Source: Laetmonice hystrix
Taxonomy: Eukaryota
Assembly (NCBI GenBank): GCA_965235115.1
Contig: OZ249436.1
Span: 6,014,001 to 6,078,000 of the forward strand
Length of the DNA stretch: 64,000 bases
Reading direction: 5' to 3'
A program made the position numbers and the translations under genes. The notes under the pieces were generated by a model that was given only the letters and a program-made list of their open reading frames with translations, ran no database searches and was not told the DNA's origin. This document shows, one piece after another, positions 51,673 to 64,000 of the stretch; within the stretch, counting starts at the first letter, position 1; each line of letters begins with the position of its first letter.

Positions 51673-54600
51673 CAGACGCTACGCTCTGACGACACATTTA
51701 ACACGTGACCCATTTAATTATACGTGGCTGGCGTAACGGAATGGCAGGACGCGATACCGTACGACCAGCACGAGGTTTAGAGCTTGCAAGCAACGGTAAC
51801 CACTTGCACATGTCCTCAACTGAGGTCGATCCGTTCTTTAAAATACTGTTATCTGACATTGATCATCCCATGCAGTCAAACTACACAAAATGGTCCATTG
51901 ATAGCATTAATAATATAAGACCTATAACCCGTGTAAAACCCATCTTGTAATCCTGTGGATATTTTCGCTCAAGTTCATGATACGTCATGTACAACGTATA
52001 CTCAAACATTCCTTAGCCCAATAATTTCAACAGCAGACCATCAGGTGTTGATAAATGTCTCTTATGATTGGACGAAGGTGGCCATTCAAGGCTTGTGTGG
52101 TCTTGTATGTTTGTGGTCTAAACAAATGAAAAAAAATAAAGAAAAAAGAATGAAAAGAAACCCCATTTAAATGTACAAGACCTACTACCTGCTGTACTAT
52201 TACAGTAGACTGTCGATATTTATAATAACGCATGACCGGTTATAAGGCCAAGTTCACTCAACTACGACAGAATCTTGTTGTTGCCATGAGTAATGAGGCT
52301 ACTACGTGGTATATTTTACGTGGTTCGACTACTTAATGTCGATCTGCAGACCGTTTTGTGTAGGCCTATAGCTAATTATGGTAGATTTGGTTTCTGTTAT
52401 ACCGTGCTGTAGAGATACACATAAAAAATGACTGCTGTGGCCCAGTGTTGATAAGCAGTGGTGCGAGATGAACGGGACCGTCATTAATTATCTCTCTCTG
52501 ATTGATATCAGTCAATTTATGTACGCAACGTTTCGAACCCTGACAATATCCATTTCCCAAACACAAAGGCTTGTCGTGTAATGGCGTGTTTGTCACACTC
52601 ATATGCTACATTTGGGATCGCCTATACATCATGGTGAGTTCATTTAACAGTTAATACGAGCACCGGCTGGCCAGCCATCAGGGGCCTAGTTCCCACGGCC
52701 GTATAGCCGCCACATATTCCTACTTTCTACATACTACTCACACGGCCGCGTCCCGTACGGGTCGGTGATAATGTAAGGACGTGGTGTCCATAGCATGGCC
52801 GCACTGATGGCGATAAAGTCACATTAATAGCTGCTCATTTTTAATTAGCTTATAAATTTCATGGAGGTTCTGAAACCGTAAATCAGACGTGATGCCAGCT
52901 ATACATTTCCAAGCGTTGCCTGTAAGCATTTATTTAAAAAAAATTGGTATTGATAATTTTGTTTAATGTACCTATCCGTATGTACCTGACAAATGGATAC
53001 GGCATTAAGCATGTAATTACGGAAGGGGGTTACAACGATATTTGATGGCAATCAGTTCGATAAGCTCCTAAACACATGGATCTGTGCTTCGCCTTAATTC
53101 TTCTGAACGCCATTTATTTACGTGCTTGTGGATATATTTAGTTATGGGAGGTGAATCCATGTATGTGTATAAATGTGTGTTTTTACTAATTATTGTGATA
53201 ACATGATTTTATGACACGCTCTATTTGTCACAGTAAACCGTGGATATTCCCCCATCTGCCATGCCTCTCACGCCCCTCGCCTCCTACTACTTACAGACGT
53301 CTTCAGTGTACAGCCTTTTATAATTCGATTTAGAGCGGTGAAGTTGTGTTTAGCCGCGCAAACACTTGCCTGTGCTGCGTGGTGGGAGGATGAAGCGAAA
53401 TAACGCAATCGTTCCATAATGCAGGTAAACGGTAGGGTTTCATGCTATCAGCGAGCCTGTCTAATCAGACAAAATGGATCACCGGGGGCGACCCACCACC
53501 GCTCCCAACGTATTTGTACACATTCATCATAAGCCAAGTGAGGAAGAAGCACTTGTTTTTGCCAGCGACTTGAGCGGGAACAATTAACCGCTGGCAGGGT
53601 CGGACGAACAAGATGGAATGCCTTATTTCGCTGTATAGGAACACAAGCCGACAAGAATGGATGGGTATGAATGTATGCATGTTGTGTTGGCAGCTACTGA
53701 GGGTAAAGGTCGGGACAGGACGGCTGGTGACTGAGCGGGAAAGTTGCCCCTAAACCCGAGCCGTATAGTTTGTGAACAGATGACGACCGACGCTGGCAAC
53801 CGATCTAATCTCGCCACGATGTGATCAGCAAAATGGCAATTGAATAGGAGAGATATGGGACGCAAGGAGAAACGTCGGACACAGGGTATGACTAGTGGGT
53901 GTTGGTGCCAGCCGGTGCCCCCGGCCCCTGTCCCCCGCCTTCCCCTGCTGCCAATGGCTGGCTGCCGGTAGTGTGAGGAGGTGGGACAGTTATATTGGCC
54001 AGGATCTTGGCGCCATCAATCAAGACCAGCGCCATGTTCCTGAGTTATCGCGCTCATCCACCTCAGTGCATCGTCACGACAACCAGCTCCGGCCACGACA
54101 CCTCCACCCGCGCCCGCCCCCGCCCCCCGCCCGGCCTGGTAAGATGGATTCGGCGCGCCCTACCCGGCAGTGGGACACATAGATGGATGAATTTATGCAT
54201 ACATCTAGGCTTTGCGTTTCTAGTTGTTATTATTGATTTGCCAGCGGTCTTCAGGTGAACATGCGGCTGACAGCCCACGAGATGGATAGCGGCCGCCACA
54301 ATAAAAGCCCTCCACCCTGTAATGGAAATGTGACAATTTCGTGTCATTAGCCGATGAAATATTATAATATCGGAGCGGGGTCAGCAGCCCATAGCGGCGT
54401 ATAAAACTACGCAGACTTGCCCGCCTGGTGCGAGTAATGGGTGGGGTAATCCATTAAAGTCGGCCGTGCGGGTGTCGGCCTGCTGACACACGGCCAGCGG
54501 TCGCCCCTGCTCCGTCACCGGCCGCGGTCATAGCCCGTGTCGCCCTGTGTCACCCCTGGGGGGCACTGCTGCCGACCGGCGCACGGACACCCCTAATTCC

Positions 54601-56554
54601 GCAGGTGCTGCACGCAGATTTACTGCGAGCCTCTCCAGAGCCGAGTGGCCTGCCATTGTTTTATTACGGTTTTATTCCCGTCATTAGCGAGAAAATAGCG
54701 TGTAACCGCCATTTTTCATGCGCGTGTCAAGCGATAAAGCCTTGCTTGTCGCTTGGTTCATTTCTGGCCCGGAGAGCGCGGCTGCTGGCCGACAATGGGC
54801 TGGCTTTAGCTGCGGGCCCTTGATGAATGTACTGACCGCACTTTGGCGGCACAATATTGGCTGCACAACGCACTAGCTTAGGAAAGTGGCTTCTTCGGAC
54901 AAGCCAAGTCATCTTTAATGCCATGGCTTGTAGGGCGGCATTCTCAGCCTTCTTTAACCACTTGAATTAGATTATCGGCGCCTGCTATTTAATCTACTGA
55001 ATTCCTTATTTAATGCAGGGGCTTTGATTGCAGCACCCTAACCAGACAATACAAAGTTAAATCTTTCAGCAGCTGAGATTTTCAAATCACACCCCATAAA
55101 ATGTACTGGTGAATTCAAGATGAACCAGGCAGCCGTTAATCTCAGGTTTACCTGAGCGTCTTAGAAAGCTACCCTGGCGCCCCCTAGACGGGCGGTTAGG
55201 AAGGGGGGGGGGGTTCTCTGAGTGGATTGCCTGCATGGCCCCAGGCCTGACCCCAGGGGCCCAGGGCAGCATGGGGTGCCGACTAGTGGAACAAGCGGCC
55301 GAATTTAAAGTGATTTAGCAGCACGCCACAGGCACCTGGGGGCGGCGAGTGTCGGGATGTAATAGAAAATCTCGGCATCAGTATATTTGTCTGGCCACTG
55401 ATGGCCGCAGGAAATGGATGGTGAGCAGCAGGCTTGGCGACCACCCTCCACCCCACACCATGCATTACGTCATTTGTCTACGTCAAGCCGCCATGTCAGA
55501 GGTGGGCGATATTGAAGGCGCTTTGGTCACGTGACGAGAAGCTGCACAGAGTGGGCAGGGGACAACACAATGCATTCGGCGCTTATCAAATAGGCCTTTA
55601 CAAGGGGGAGAGATCAAATCTAGTGGTCAGGGCGGGATATCAGTGGAAAGATCACAGATCAAATCCATATTACCAAGGAGACGTCGTAGTCATTGCCTTT
55701 GAGGTGTCCAGTGCACTTGTCATAGTGTTCGCCGTGTCGCTTCCCGACTTTGGTGTGGCTGAATTTAATTCTAGCCACGAAATCACATGGGGGGTCCGGC
55801 CGTCAAGGCTCCACCGACAAACCGGACTTAAACCATCATCGTCTCATTTTTAGTGCTGATTTACAGTGGTCCTAAATCTAATTAAAAGTTGTGAATATGA
55901 CATTGCAAGGGCTGGACAGCTTGAATGTACTTGGAACGAGGGGCCAGAGGGTGTGCCGTAGCTATAAAGCATGGATGGAATATGTGGACCACCCAGGCCC
56001 TTCTCTTGGCTTGACAAAAGGGCCTGACCCTATTGGTCATAAACAAAGGCCATTCAGCCTCGATAGGCTGGTGTCGCTCGTAAACTAACGGTCAACGTAA
56101 ACACACCGCCTTCAGACGCCCAGCTTGGCGGTGATAAAGTATAAGCGTCGGATTATCGGCCGGTGTTTAAGCGTCAGGTAGGATTAGGTAGTGGGATTAT
56201 AGGACTGCTCAGGACAAATTCCTGATCTAAACCAGTATGTGAAGTTTGTGTAAGACATCCAGGTTACTTGGCCTTCAGATGAATAGAATGATTGTGGAAT
56301 ATTTTCCTATCAAACATGCAGCTAACCTCCAATATCAACCTTCAATATCTCCTGGCTTCAAATCACGCTTGAAGGCAGATAAACATATCCTCACAAAGTC
56401 TTGGGGTCCAACCCTAACAATATATGTGTGTTCTTCCTCCGGTCAATCCATCCTTGCTACTGCTGTGTGTCGATCCTAAAGTTGAAGGTGTTTTGGAAAG
56501 CTAAAATTTAAATTGTGTTCCTTGCATATTCAGTAAATGTGGTTGAGTGAACAT

Positions 56555-57148
56555 GTAAACATGAGCTCCTACTGTTAGAGCTATAGGATGAAGACCACGG
56601 TATGAACCTCCAGTAAACATGAGCTCCTACTGTTAGAGCTATAGGATGAAGACCACGGTCTGAGCCTCCAGTAAACATGAGCTCCTACTGTTAGAGCTAG
56701 GATGAAGACCACGGTCTGAGCCTCCATTAAACATGAGCTCCTACTGTTAGAGCTATAGGATGAAGACCACGGTCTGAGCCTCCAGTAAACATGAGCTCCT
56801 ACTGTTAGAGCTATAGAATGAAGACCACGGTCTGAGCCTCCAGTAAACGTGAGCTCCTACTATTAGAGCTAGGATGAAGACCACGGTCTGAGCCTCCAGT
56901 AAACATGAGCTCCTATTGTTAGAGCTAGGATGAAGACCACGGTCTGAGCCTCCAGTAAACATGAGCTCCTACTGTTAGAGCTAGGATGAAGGCCACGGTC
57001 TGAGCCTCCAGTAAACATGAGCTCCTACTGTTAGAGCTAGGATGAAGACCACGGTCTGAGCCTCCAGTAAACATGAGCTCCTACTTTTAGAGCTAGGATG
57101 AAGACCACGGTCTGAGCCTCCAGTAAACATGAGCTCCTATTGTTAGAG
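56555..57148. repeat. Minisatellite, 56/58-bp unit GTAAACATGAGCTCCTACTGTTAGAGCT(AT)AGGATGAAGACCACGGTCTGAGCCTCCA, ~10 copies
   Basis: Direct periodicity with an AT indel. Confidence 0.97.
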
Positions 57149-58570
57149 AGAAGACACCGGTCGGTGAACCTCCTGCCGTGGGGAGCAGTTTTTCTTCATG
57201 AGATAGGGGAGCCGTGTGGGTACAGAGCTCTCATCGGTTCATTTGGCCATGTCTAACTCCGACACACTCCACTACTGACCGTAACCTCAGATCTGCAGGC
57301 CCTTGGCAGAAGTCCGTGTGCTCCTTGTCACTAATTGGGGCGCGCCTTTTAATTAACCTAGCCAATTAGTGGCGGTGTGAGGCAGGTGAGTTGGAGGAAG
57401 AGGATTGAGGTGAGGGAAGCGAACAAAGATGCGGTGGTGGGTGAGAGGTCGTGCTGACCGCTTTGATCGGCGTGATGGCTGAACACACGAGTGGACGTGG
57501 CTGTTTCCAAGTGAACACTTGAGTTCAAAGCGACAGCTTGAGGCGAAATGGCAAGGGACAGGCGTGGCGACCCTGGGTGAAGGCTGGGGGCCACCATGGC
57601 AGCGCTTTAACACGCTGTCTCTATACCCGTCTCTAGTCTACTGTCGACAGCACGCGGGACGAGCAGTTCCTCCCTACTGTGTTTATGCAAGAGAGTGGAA
57701 AAGGAAAAAAACCCGGAAAACTAAACAGGAAAGAAAAAAGAGACCCGAATGGACCTCACTGAGTGTTAGCTCATTTTCAAAAGGTGTCATCTTATCGGAT
57801 TTGATTAAGGAAGACTTTCACACAAAGATGGCTTGGGGCAAGGCTGCTGTAGAATGGATGTCCTTCCTTTCAGGAGTCCTGTGTTAAAGAGTCCTTGGCC
57901 AGTGGACATGTCCATTGTACCTGCCCGTCCTTCGATAGACTCCATGTGTACGGGATAGCGAACTGAAATTACCAACCTTCTCTATAAGTCTGCCCCGAGG
58001 GATGCGGCGACAGTTGGATTGTCTGAGGTATTTATAAAATTGGTGAGCAGGAAGTTCGCATTTGAGAATAAATATGATTCTTGTTGGGAGACTCTTCGAC
58101 CTTCTGGCCGACGCGTAAGTGGCAGGCGCCTCCAGAATAAGCTGTCAATGGCATCATGTCGAAGACCTGTCTTTTCTTTGTGCCCGGAACCAAGTGGTGT
58201 ATTCACCTGTCTATTAGGACCGCACTAGCTCACTGTCATCTTGATTGACGTGTCTATATAAGTGTCCCCTTCTCCAAGTAGGTAATAACCTATAGAGCAT
58301 ATTCTATTACACAGGGGATTTACCATTCATCGCGGTCGCTGTGATCTCAGGAAGTCTGTCTCTCTAAGGGCGCCTGTCAAACGGCACAGTCACTGCCAGC
58401 CAGGTCGGGTCAGTGGGCCGTGTCCGGCTAGCTATGGCCGGTATACACTCAGAACTCAAGTGAATAAAGGATGAGTAGCTCAGGTTCGCATTGATGTACC
58501 GAAACGAGTTCCGAATATAAAAAAATCAAAGAGAATTCTTGCCACCTTTGCGTTCACATTAAGCTATGCT

Positions 58571-60374
58571 GCCTGGTGTTGAATGCAGGCCCTGGAGTAT
58601 AGCCCGGTGTTAAATGCATGCCCTGGTGTAGCCCGGTGTTGAATGCAGGCCCTGGAGTATCCCGGTGTTATATGCAGGCCCTGGTGTAGCCCGGTGTTAT
58701 ATGCAGGCCCTGGTGTAGCCTGGTGTTAAATGCATGCCCTGGTGTAGCCCGGTGTTGAATGCAGGCCCTGGAGTAGACCGGTGTTATATGCAGGCCCTGG
58801 TGTAGCCTGGTGTTGAATGCAGGCCCTGGTGTAGCCCGGTGTTATGTGCAGGCCCTGGTGTAGCCTGGTGTTGAATGCAGGCCCTGGTGTAGCCCGGTGT
58901 TGAATGCAGGCCCTGGAGTAGCCCTGTGTTAAATGCAGGCCCTGGTGTAGCCCGGTGTTAAACGCAGGCCCTGGTGTAGCCCGGTGTTAAATGCAGGCCC
59001 TGGTGTAGCCCGGTGTTAAATGCAGGCCCTGGTGTAGCCCGGTGTTAAATGCAGGCCCTGGTGTAGCCCGGTGTTGAATGGAGGCCCTGGTGTAGCCCGG
59101 TGTTAAATGCAGGCCCTGGAGTACCCCGGTGTTGAATGCAGGCCCTGGTGTAGCCCGGTGTTAAATGCAGGCCCTGGAGTACCCCGGTGTTAAATGCAGG
59201 CCCTGGTGTAGCCCGGTGTTGAATGCAGGCCCTGGTGTGGCCCGGTGTTAAATGCAGGCCCTGGAGTACCCCGGTGTTAAATGCAGGCCCTGGAGTACCC
59301 CGGTGTTAAATGCAGGCCCTGGTGTAGCCCGGTGTTGAATGCAGGCCCTGGTGTGGCCCGGTGTTAAATGCAGGCCCTGGAGTACCCCGGTGTTAAATGC
59401 AGGCCCTGGAGTAGCCTGGTGTTGAATGCAGGCCCTGGTGTAGCCCGGTGTCATGTGCAGGCCCTGGTGTAGCCTGGTGTTGAATGCGGGCCCTGGAGTA
59501 CCCCGGTGTTATATGCAGGCCCTGGAGTAGACCGGTGTATAATGCAGGCCCTGGTGTAGCCTTGTGTTGAATGCAGGCCCTGGTGTAGCCCGGTGTCATG
59601 TGCAGGCCCTGGTGTAGCCTGGTGTTGAATGCAGGCCCTGGTGTAGCCCGGTGTCATGTGCAGGCCCTGGTGTAGCCTGGTGTTGAATGCGGGCCCTGGA
59701 GTACCCCGGTGTTATATGCAGGCCCTGGAGTAGACCGGTGTATAATGCAGGCCCTGGTGTAGCCCGGTGTTATATGCAGGCCCTGGAGTAGACCGGTGTA
59801 TAATGCAGGCCCTGGTGTAGCCCGGTGTTGAATGCAGGCCCTGGAGTATCCCGGTGTTATATGCAGGCCCTGGTGTAGCCTGGTGTTGAATGCAGGCCCT
59901 GGTGTAGCCCGGTGTTGAATGCAGGCCCTGGAGTAGCCCGGTGTTGAATGCAGGCCCTGGTGTAGCCTGGTGTTGAATGCAGGCCCTGGTGTAGCCCGGT
60001 GTTGAATGCAGGCCCTGGAGTAGCCCGGTGTTGAATGCAGGCCCTGGAGTAGCCCGGTGTTGAATGCAGGCCCTGGAGTAGCCCGGTGTTGAATGCAGGC
60101 CCTGGAGTAGCCCGGTGTTAAATGCAGGCCCTGGAGTAGCCCGGTGTTGAATGTAGGCCCTGGAGTATCCCGGTGTTAAATGCAGGCCCTGGAGTCGCCC
60201 GGTGTTATATGCAGGCCCTGGTGTAGCCCGGTGTTAAATACAGGCCCTGGTGTAGCCCGGTGTTGAATGCAGGCCCTGGTGTAGCCCGGTGTTGAATGCA
60301 GGCCCTGGAGTAGCCCGGTGTTGAATGCAGGCCCTGGTGTAGCCCGGTGTTAAATGCAGGCCCAGGAGTACCCC
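58571..60374. repeat. Minisatellite, 29-bp unit GCCCGGTGTT(G/A)AATGCAGGCCCTGG(T/A)GTA, ~62 copies
   Basis: CCGGTG occurs at 58981 and 59010. There are many interspersed point variants, and variant blocks recur. Confidence 0.98.
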
Positions 60375-62389
60375 TTCATTATGTAAACAAGGCGTGTCTT
60401 GCCCAGAGCGGCGGTGTACAGAAGTAGCTGTTCCTTGTAGAGTTGATATCGGTACAGGTACTTGAAGTAACCTTATAGCTGGTGTTCATGTGTACCCTGC
60501 TAACCACCACATATCGAGGGCACCGGTCGAAGGACTCCAGGGTGACAGCGACTGACTGTGACCGACAGCGTGGGGAAAGTCTTCCAGATGGTAGAATCTA
60601 TCAATTATCCACGACTGTAGACTTCTAATTCAACATAGATCTAAGTTTACATATGTTAACATACCACTCTGCTGACAGATGCTGGCTTGACCTGTGCCAT
60701 ACTAATGGCTGCAGTTCACTTTTTATTTTGTTTGCCTCTTCCCTGCCAGGATTATGGGGTAGAATGTATGTGCTTACCCGCGTTCGGTAATGTTTCCCCG
60801 AGAAATAGTGGCCATCTCACCGCTGTACTGAGTCCCTCTCCGCGGCTGGCCTATTGTCCTACCCGCAGTTAAGCCACGAAATGGTCAGTCACCCGGCATA
60901 AGTTGATTTGGCAGGGACATCAAAAATAGATGTACTTTTAATAGAACAATAATCTCGCGATGAAATATTCAGACCATCCCATTTAGAAAGGTGTTAAATG
61001 CTGACAAATCTTGGCATGAATGTTTTATCAAAGCGGGGCCGGATGGCCTGTGATGTAGCGACTCGCTGGGTTGGGGCAGGCATGGCTCTACTACTCGATG
61101 GCATGCTGGCAGCCTTGTGTCCCGCCAGGGGGCGTACGTGTCGATTATGTATGACAGCACATGCTGCACACGTCGGGGATTTCTTTACAGACAGTGTCAA
61201 ATAATTATCGCATCGTCTGTTTTAGATTTAGAAACCAAAGATAATTATTATGTACTTCGTCAGAATTCAACCACGAATATATAAAGATGAGCTAGCTCGG
61301 TAGAGAGAAGGAAGTCGGAGGCAGATGTAATCAGAGATAGAGTGAAGGAAGATGATGGAACTATGATGGTTAGATCAATCAATGCTGTCTCCCCAAACAC
61401 TGGCGTATTGATCGTCCAGCCGCGGAATGTTGATGAAAAGATAAACTTTGAAATGGGTACGGGACGTTATCTATCACACCAACCTGTGGTTCTGTGTGAG
61501 AAACAAGATTTCACCCCCCTCCACCCCCCACCCGCACCCAGAGAGGTGACGCCTCCTCGTGGCCATACCTCCCACGATGTCCAACTCTCCAGGCGGCCTA
61601 TCCTTTGTACTCAGATATATACGCACGTCATGTGTATTGCTCGCAGGGTATACGTTTTCAAGGCCAGCGAAGAGCAATCTGTATCTTGAAAATTATCTCG
61701 GGACTAATTGTAACCAGCTTGTTATCAATCACTCAGCTGTTGTAGTCGCTCACAGATCAGTCAAGGGGAGTGTCATTTTAAATGGAAATCGTTGTTTTAA
61801 AAAACGTACAATCGTGACTCGAAGAGGAGTTGGGGGTTGAACCTTTACTTGACCTCATTTTGCACGGTGCACTTGATGGACATTGATTTGACCCCCACGG
61901 CTGGTTGTCGATGAAACCGACGACGGTTTGCGGTGGTTGTCTCTGACTCACTTCCATATCTCACGGCACGCTGTCACGGCCCTCCCCGTATGTAACACGT
62001 ATAGCCATGTCTTCGGGCCATTGTAGTGTGGGAACTCTTGGTATCAATGGTAATAGGTTTGTTGACCAGGGAATCCCATCATTTGTTTCACGATGATACC
62101 CAGTCCTTCTGCCGGTCTCGTCCAGCGGAAGGCACGGGCTGTAATCCTCAGTCTGTTGAAAGATGATGTATTAGGACGGGTATTGGGAATGTTAAAATCT
62201 TCTTGGTCGACTCAGCAAGCTGTCTGACCGAGGGTCATCAGCGAGCTTACGGGGATCACGGCCGACACACCAAGCATGAATCATGGATCCCTGGGGAAAC
62301 AAAAGGGGGATTGGAAGGACCATTTGTCCGGGTCGGGAGACCGGGCTGGCCGTCAGCCTCGCCGCCGGATTCGGGGTCGGCCGCTCCGT

Positions 62390-63699
62390 ATGGGGTCTGG
62401 TCGGTAGGCTGGGACCGGTCGGGGATGGGGTCTGGGCGGTGGGCCGGGACCGGTCGGGGATGGGGTCTGGGCGGTGGGCTGGGACCGGTCGGGGATGGGG
62501 TCTGGGCGGTGGGCTGGGACCGGTCGGGGATGGGGTCTGGGCGGTGGGCTGGGACCAGTCGGGGATGGGGTCTGGGCGGTGGGCTGGGACCGGTCGGGGA
62601 TGGGGTCTGGGCGGTGGGCTGGGACCAGTCGGGGATGGGGTCTGGGCGGTGGGCTGGGACCAGTCGGGGATGGGGTCTGGGCGGTGGGCCGGGACCGGTC
62701 GGGGATGGGATCTGGGCGGTGGGCTGGGACCGGTCGGGGATGGGGTCTGGGCGGTGGGCTGGGACCGGTCGGGGATGGGGTCTGGGCGGTGGGCTGGGAC
62801 CGGTCGGGGATGGGGTCTGGGCGGTGGGCTGGGACCGGTCGGGGATGGGGTCTGGGCGGTGGGCCGGGACCGGTCGGGTCTGGGGTCTGGGCGGTGGGCT
62901 GGGACCGGTCGGGGATGGGGTCTGGGCGGTGGGCTGGGACCGGTCGGGGATGGGGTCTGGGCGGTGGGATGGGAACGGTCGGGGATGGGGTCTGGGCGGT
63001 GGGCTGGGACCGGTCGGGGATGGGGTCTGGGCGGTGGGCTGGGACCGGTCGGGGATGGGGTCTGGGCGGTGGGCCGGGACCGGTCGGGGATGGGGTCTGG
63101 GCGGTGGGCTGGGACCGGTCGGGGATGGGGTCTGGGCGGTGGGCCGGGACCGGTCGGGGATGGGGTCTGGGCGGTGGGCCGGGACCGGTCGGGGATGGGG
63201 TCTGGGCGGTGGGCTGGGACCGGTCGGGGATGGGGTCTGGGCGGTGGGCTGGGACCCGTCGGGGATGGGGTCTGTGCGGTGGGCCGGGACCGGTCGGGGA
63301 TGGGGTCTGGGCGGTGGGCTGGGACCGGTCGGGGATGGGGTCTGGGCGGTGGGCCGGGACCGGTCGGGGATGGGGTCTGGGCGGTGGGCTGGGACCGGTC
63401 GGGGATGGGGTCTGGGCGGTGGGCCGGGACCGGTCGGGGATGGGGTCTGGGCGGTGGGCTGGGACCGGTCGGGGATGGGGTCTGGGCGGTGGGCTGGGAC
63501 CGGTCGGGGATGGGGTCTGGGCGGTGGGCTGGGACCGGTCGAGGATGGGGTTTGGGCGGTGGGCTGGGACCGGTCGGGGATGGGGTCTGGGTGGTGGGCT
63601 GGGACCGGTCGGGTCTGGGGTCTGGGCGGTGGGCGGTGGGTTAGGACCGGTCGGGGATGGGGTCTGGGCGGTGGGCGGTGGGCTGAGACCGGTCGGGGA
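62390..63699. repeat. G-rich minisatellite, 35-bp unit GGGACCGGTCGGGGATGGGGTCTGGGCGGTGGGCT, ~37 copies
   Basis: Direct periodicity. Each unit has five G3-G4 tracts and no stop codon in any + frame. Confidence 0.99.
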
Positions 63700-64000
63700 C
63701 TTTCTACACTGACTTTCTATCTGTTGATAACCAGTAATGGAGAGAACAAGGTGGGATATTTTGTTTCTTTCAAATATCAGTGCTGAGACCTATGACCTAT
63801 TACCCACCAGAAATATTATATAATATACTTTATAGGCCCCTATGTACTTAGTAGGCATTGTCTGCAGATAAATCGGTCCCATTTCACAGACCATAATCCC
63901 GAAATAACGAAGACGTAATGTGCACTCCCACCTGTACCGATTAACCTGAAAGTTATACAATCAGTTCAAACGCTGACGAGATGACGTAAAGGACGTCTGA

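Noticed and set aside
52322-52545. B-box-like GGTTCGA motifs (possible tRNA or SINE)
   Set aside because: There is no properly spaced A box and no cloverleaf.
57339-57356. Adjacent AscI and PacI sites suggesting vector polylinker
   Set aside because: No other vector sequence is present and the flanks are ordinary genomic DNA.
60375-61689. Protein-looking open frames at 60375-60590 (minus) and 61290-61689 (plus)
   Set aside because: No recognisable domain and no convincing pair of splice sites. The lengths are within the chance range.
62203-63786. 527/453/412-aa Gly/Trp-rich ORFs, superficially like shell-matrix or structural proteins
   Set aside because: The 35-bp unit is not a multiple of 3, all three frames give the same rotated repeat, and there is no signal peptide. 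This is an artefact of a stop-free minisatellite.

Overview
This is eukaryotic, probably invertebrate animal, genomic DNA (inferred from splice-like signals, CTCF-like motifs, repeat style and the absence of prokaryotic gene organisation). I could not recognise any intact protein-coding or RNA gene. About 18-19 kb (roughly 29%) is 19 unrelated minisatellite arrays with 18-86 bp units. These explain nearly all long ORFs in the supplied track. The interspersed DNA holds a decayed DIRS1-like retrotransposon pol region (RT, RNase H, MT-like; ~17.9-19.5 kb), a 341-bp TTAA-flanked MITE with an internal 24-bp palindrome, a second imperfect fold-back element, and a Helitron-like 3' terminus. It also has several CpG-rich or motif-dense stretches that look cis-regulatory (CTCF, CRE, Hox/Pbx/Meis, homeodomain sites), plus a few weak candidate exons that I could not join into a gene. 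I found no demonstrably new biological system. The most testable oddities are short cores shared between unrelated arrays, two arrays with nested higher-order structure, arrays that start at or amplify splice-donor motifs, and a fold-back copy capping one array.
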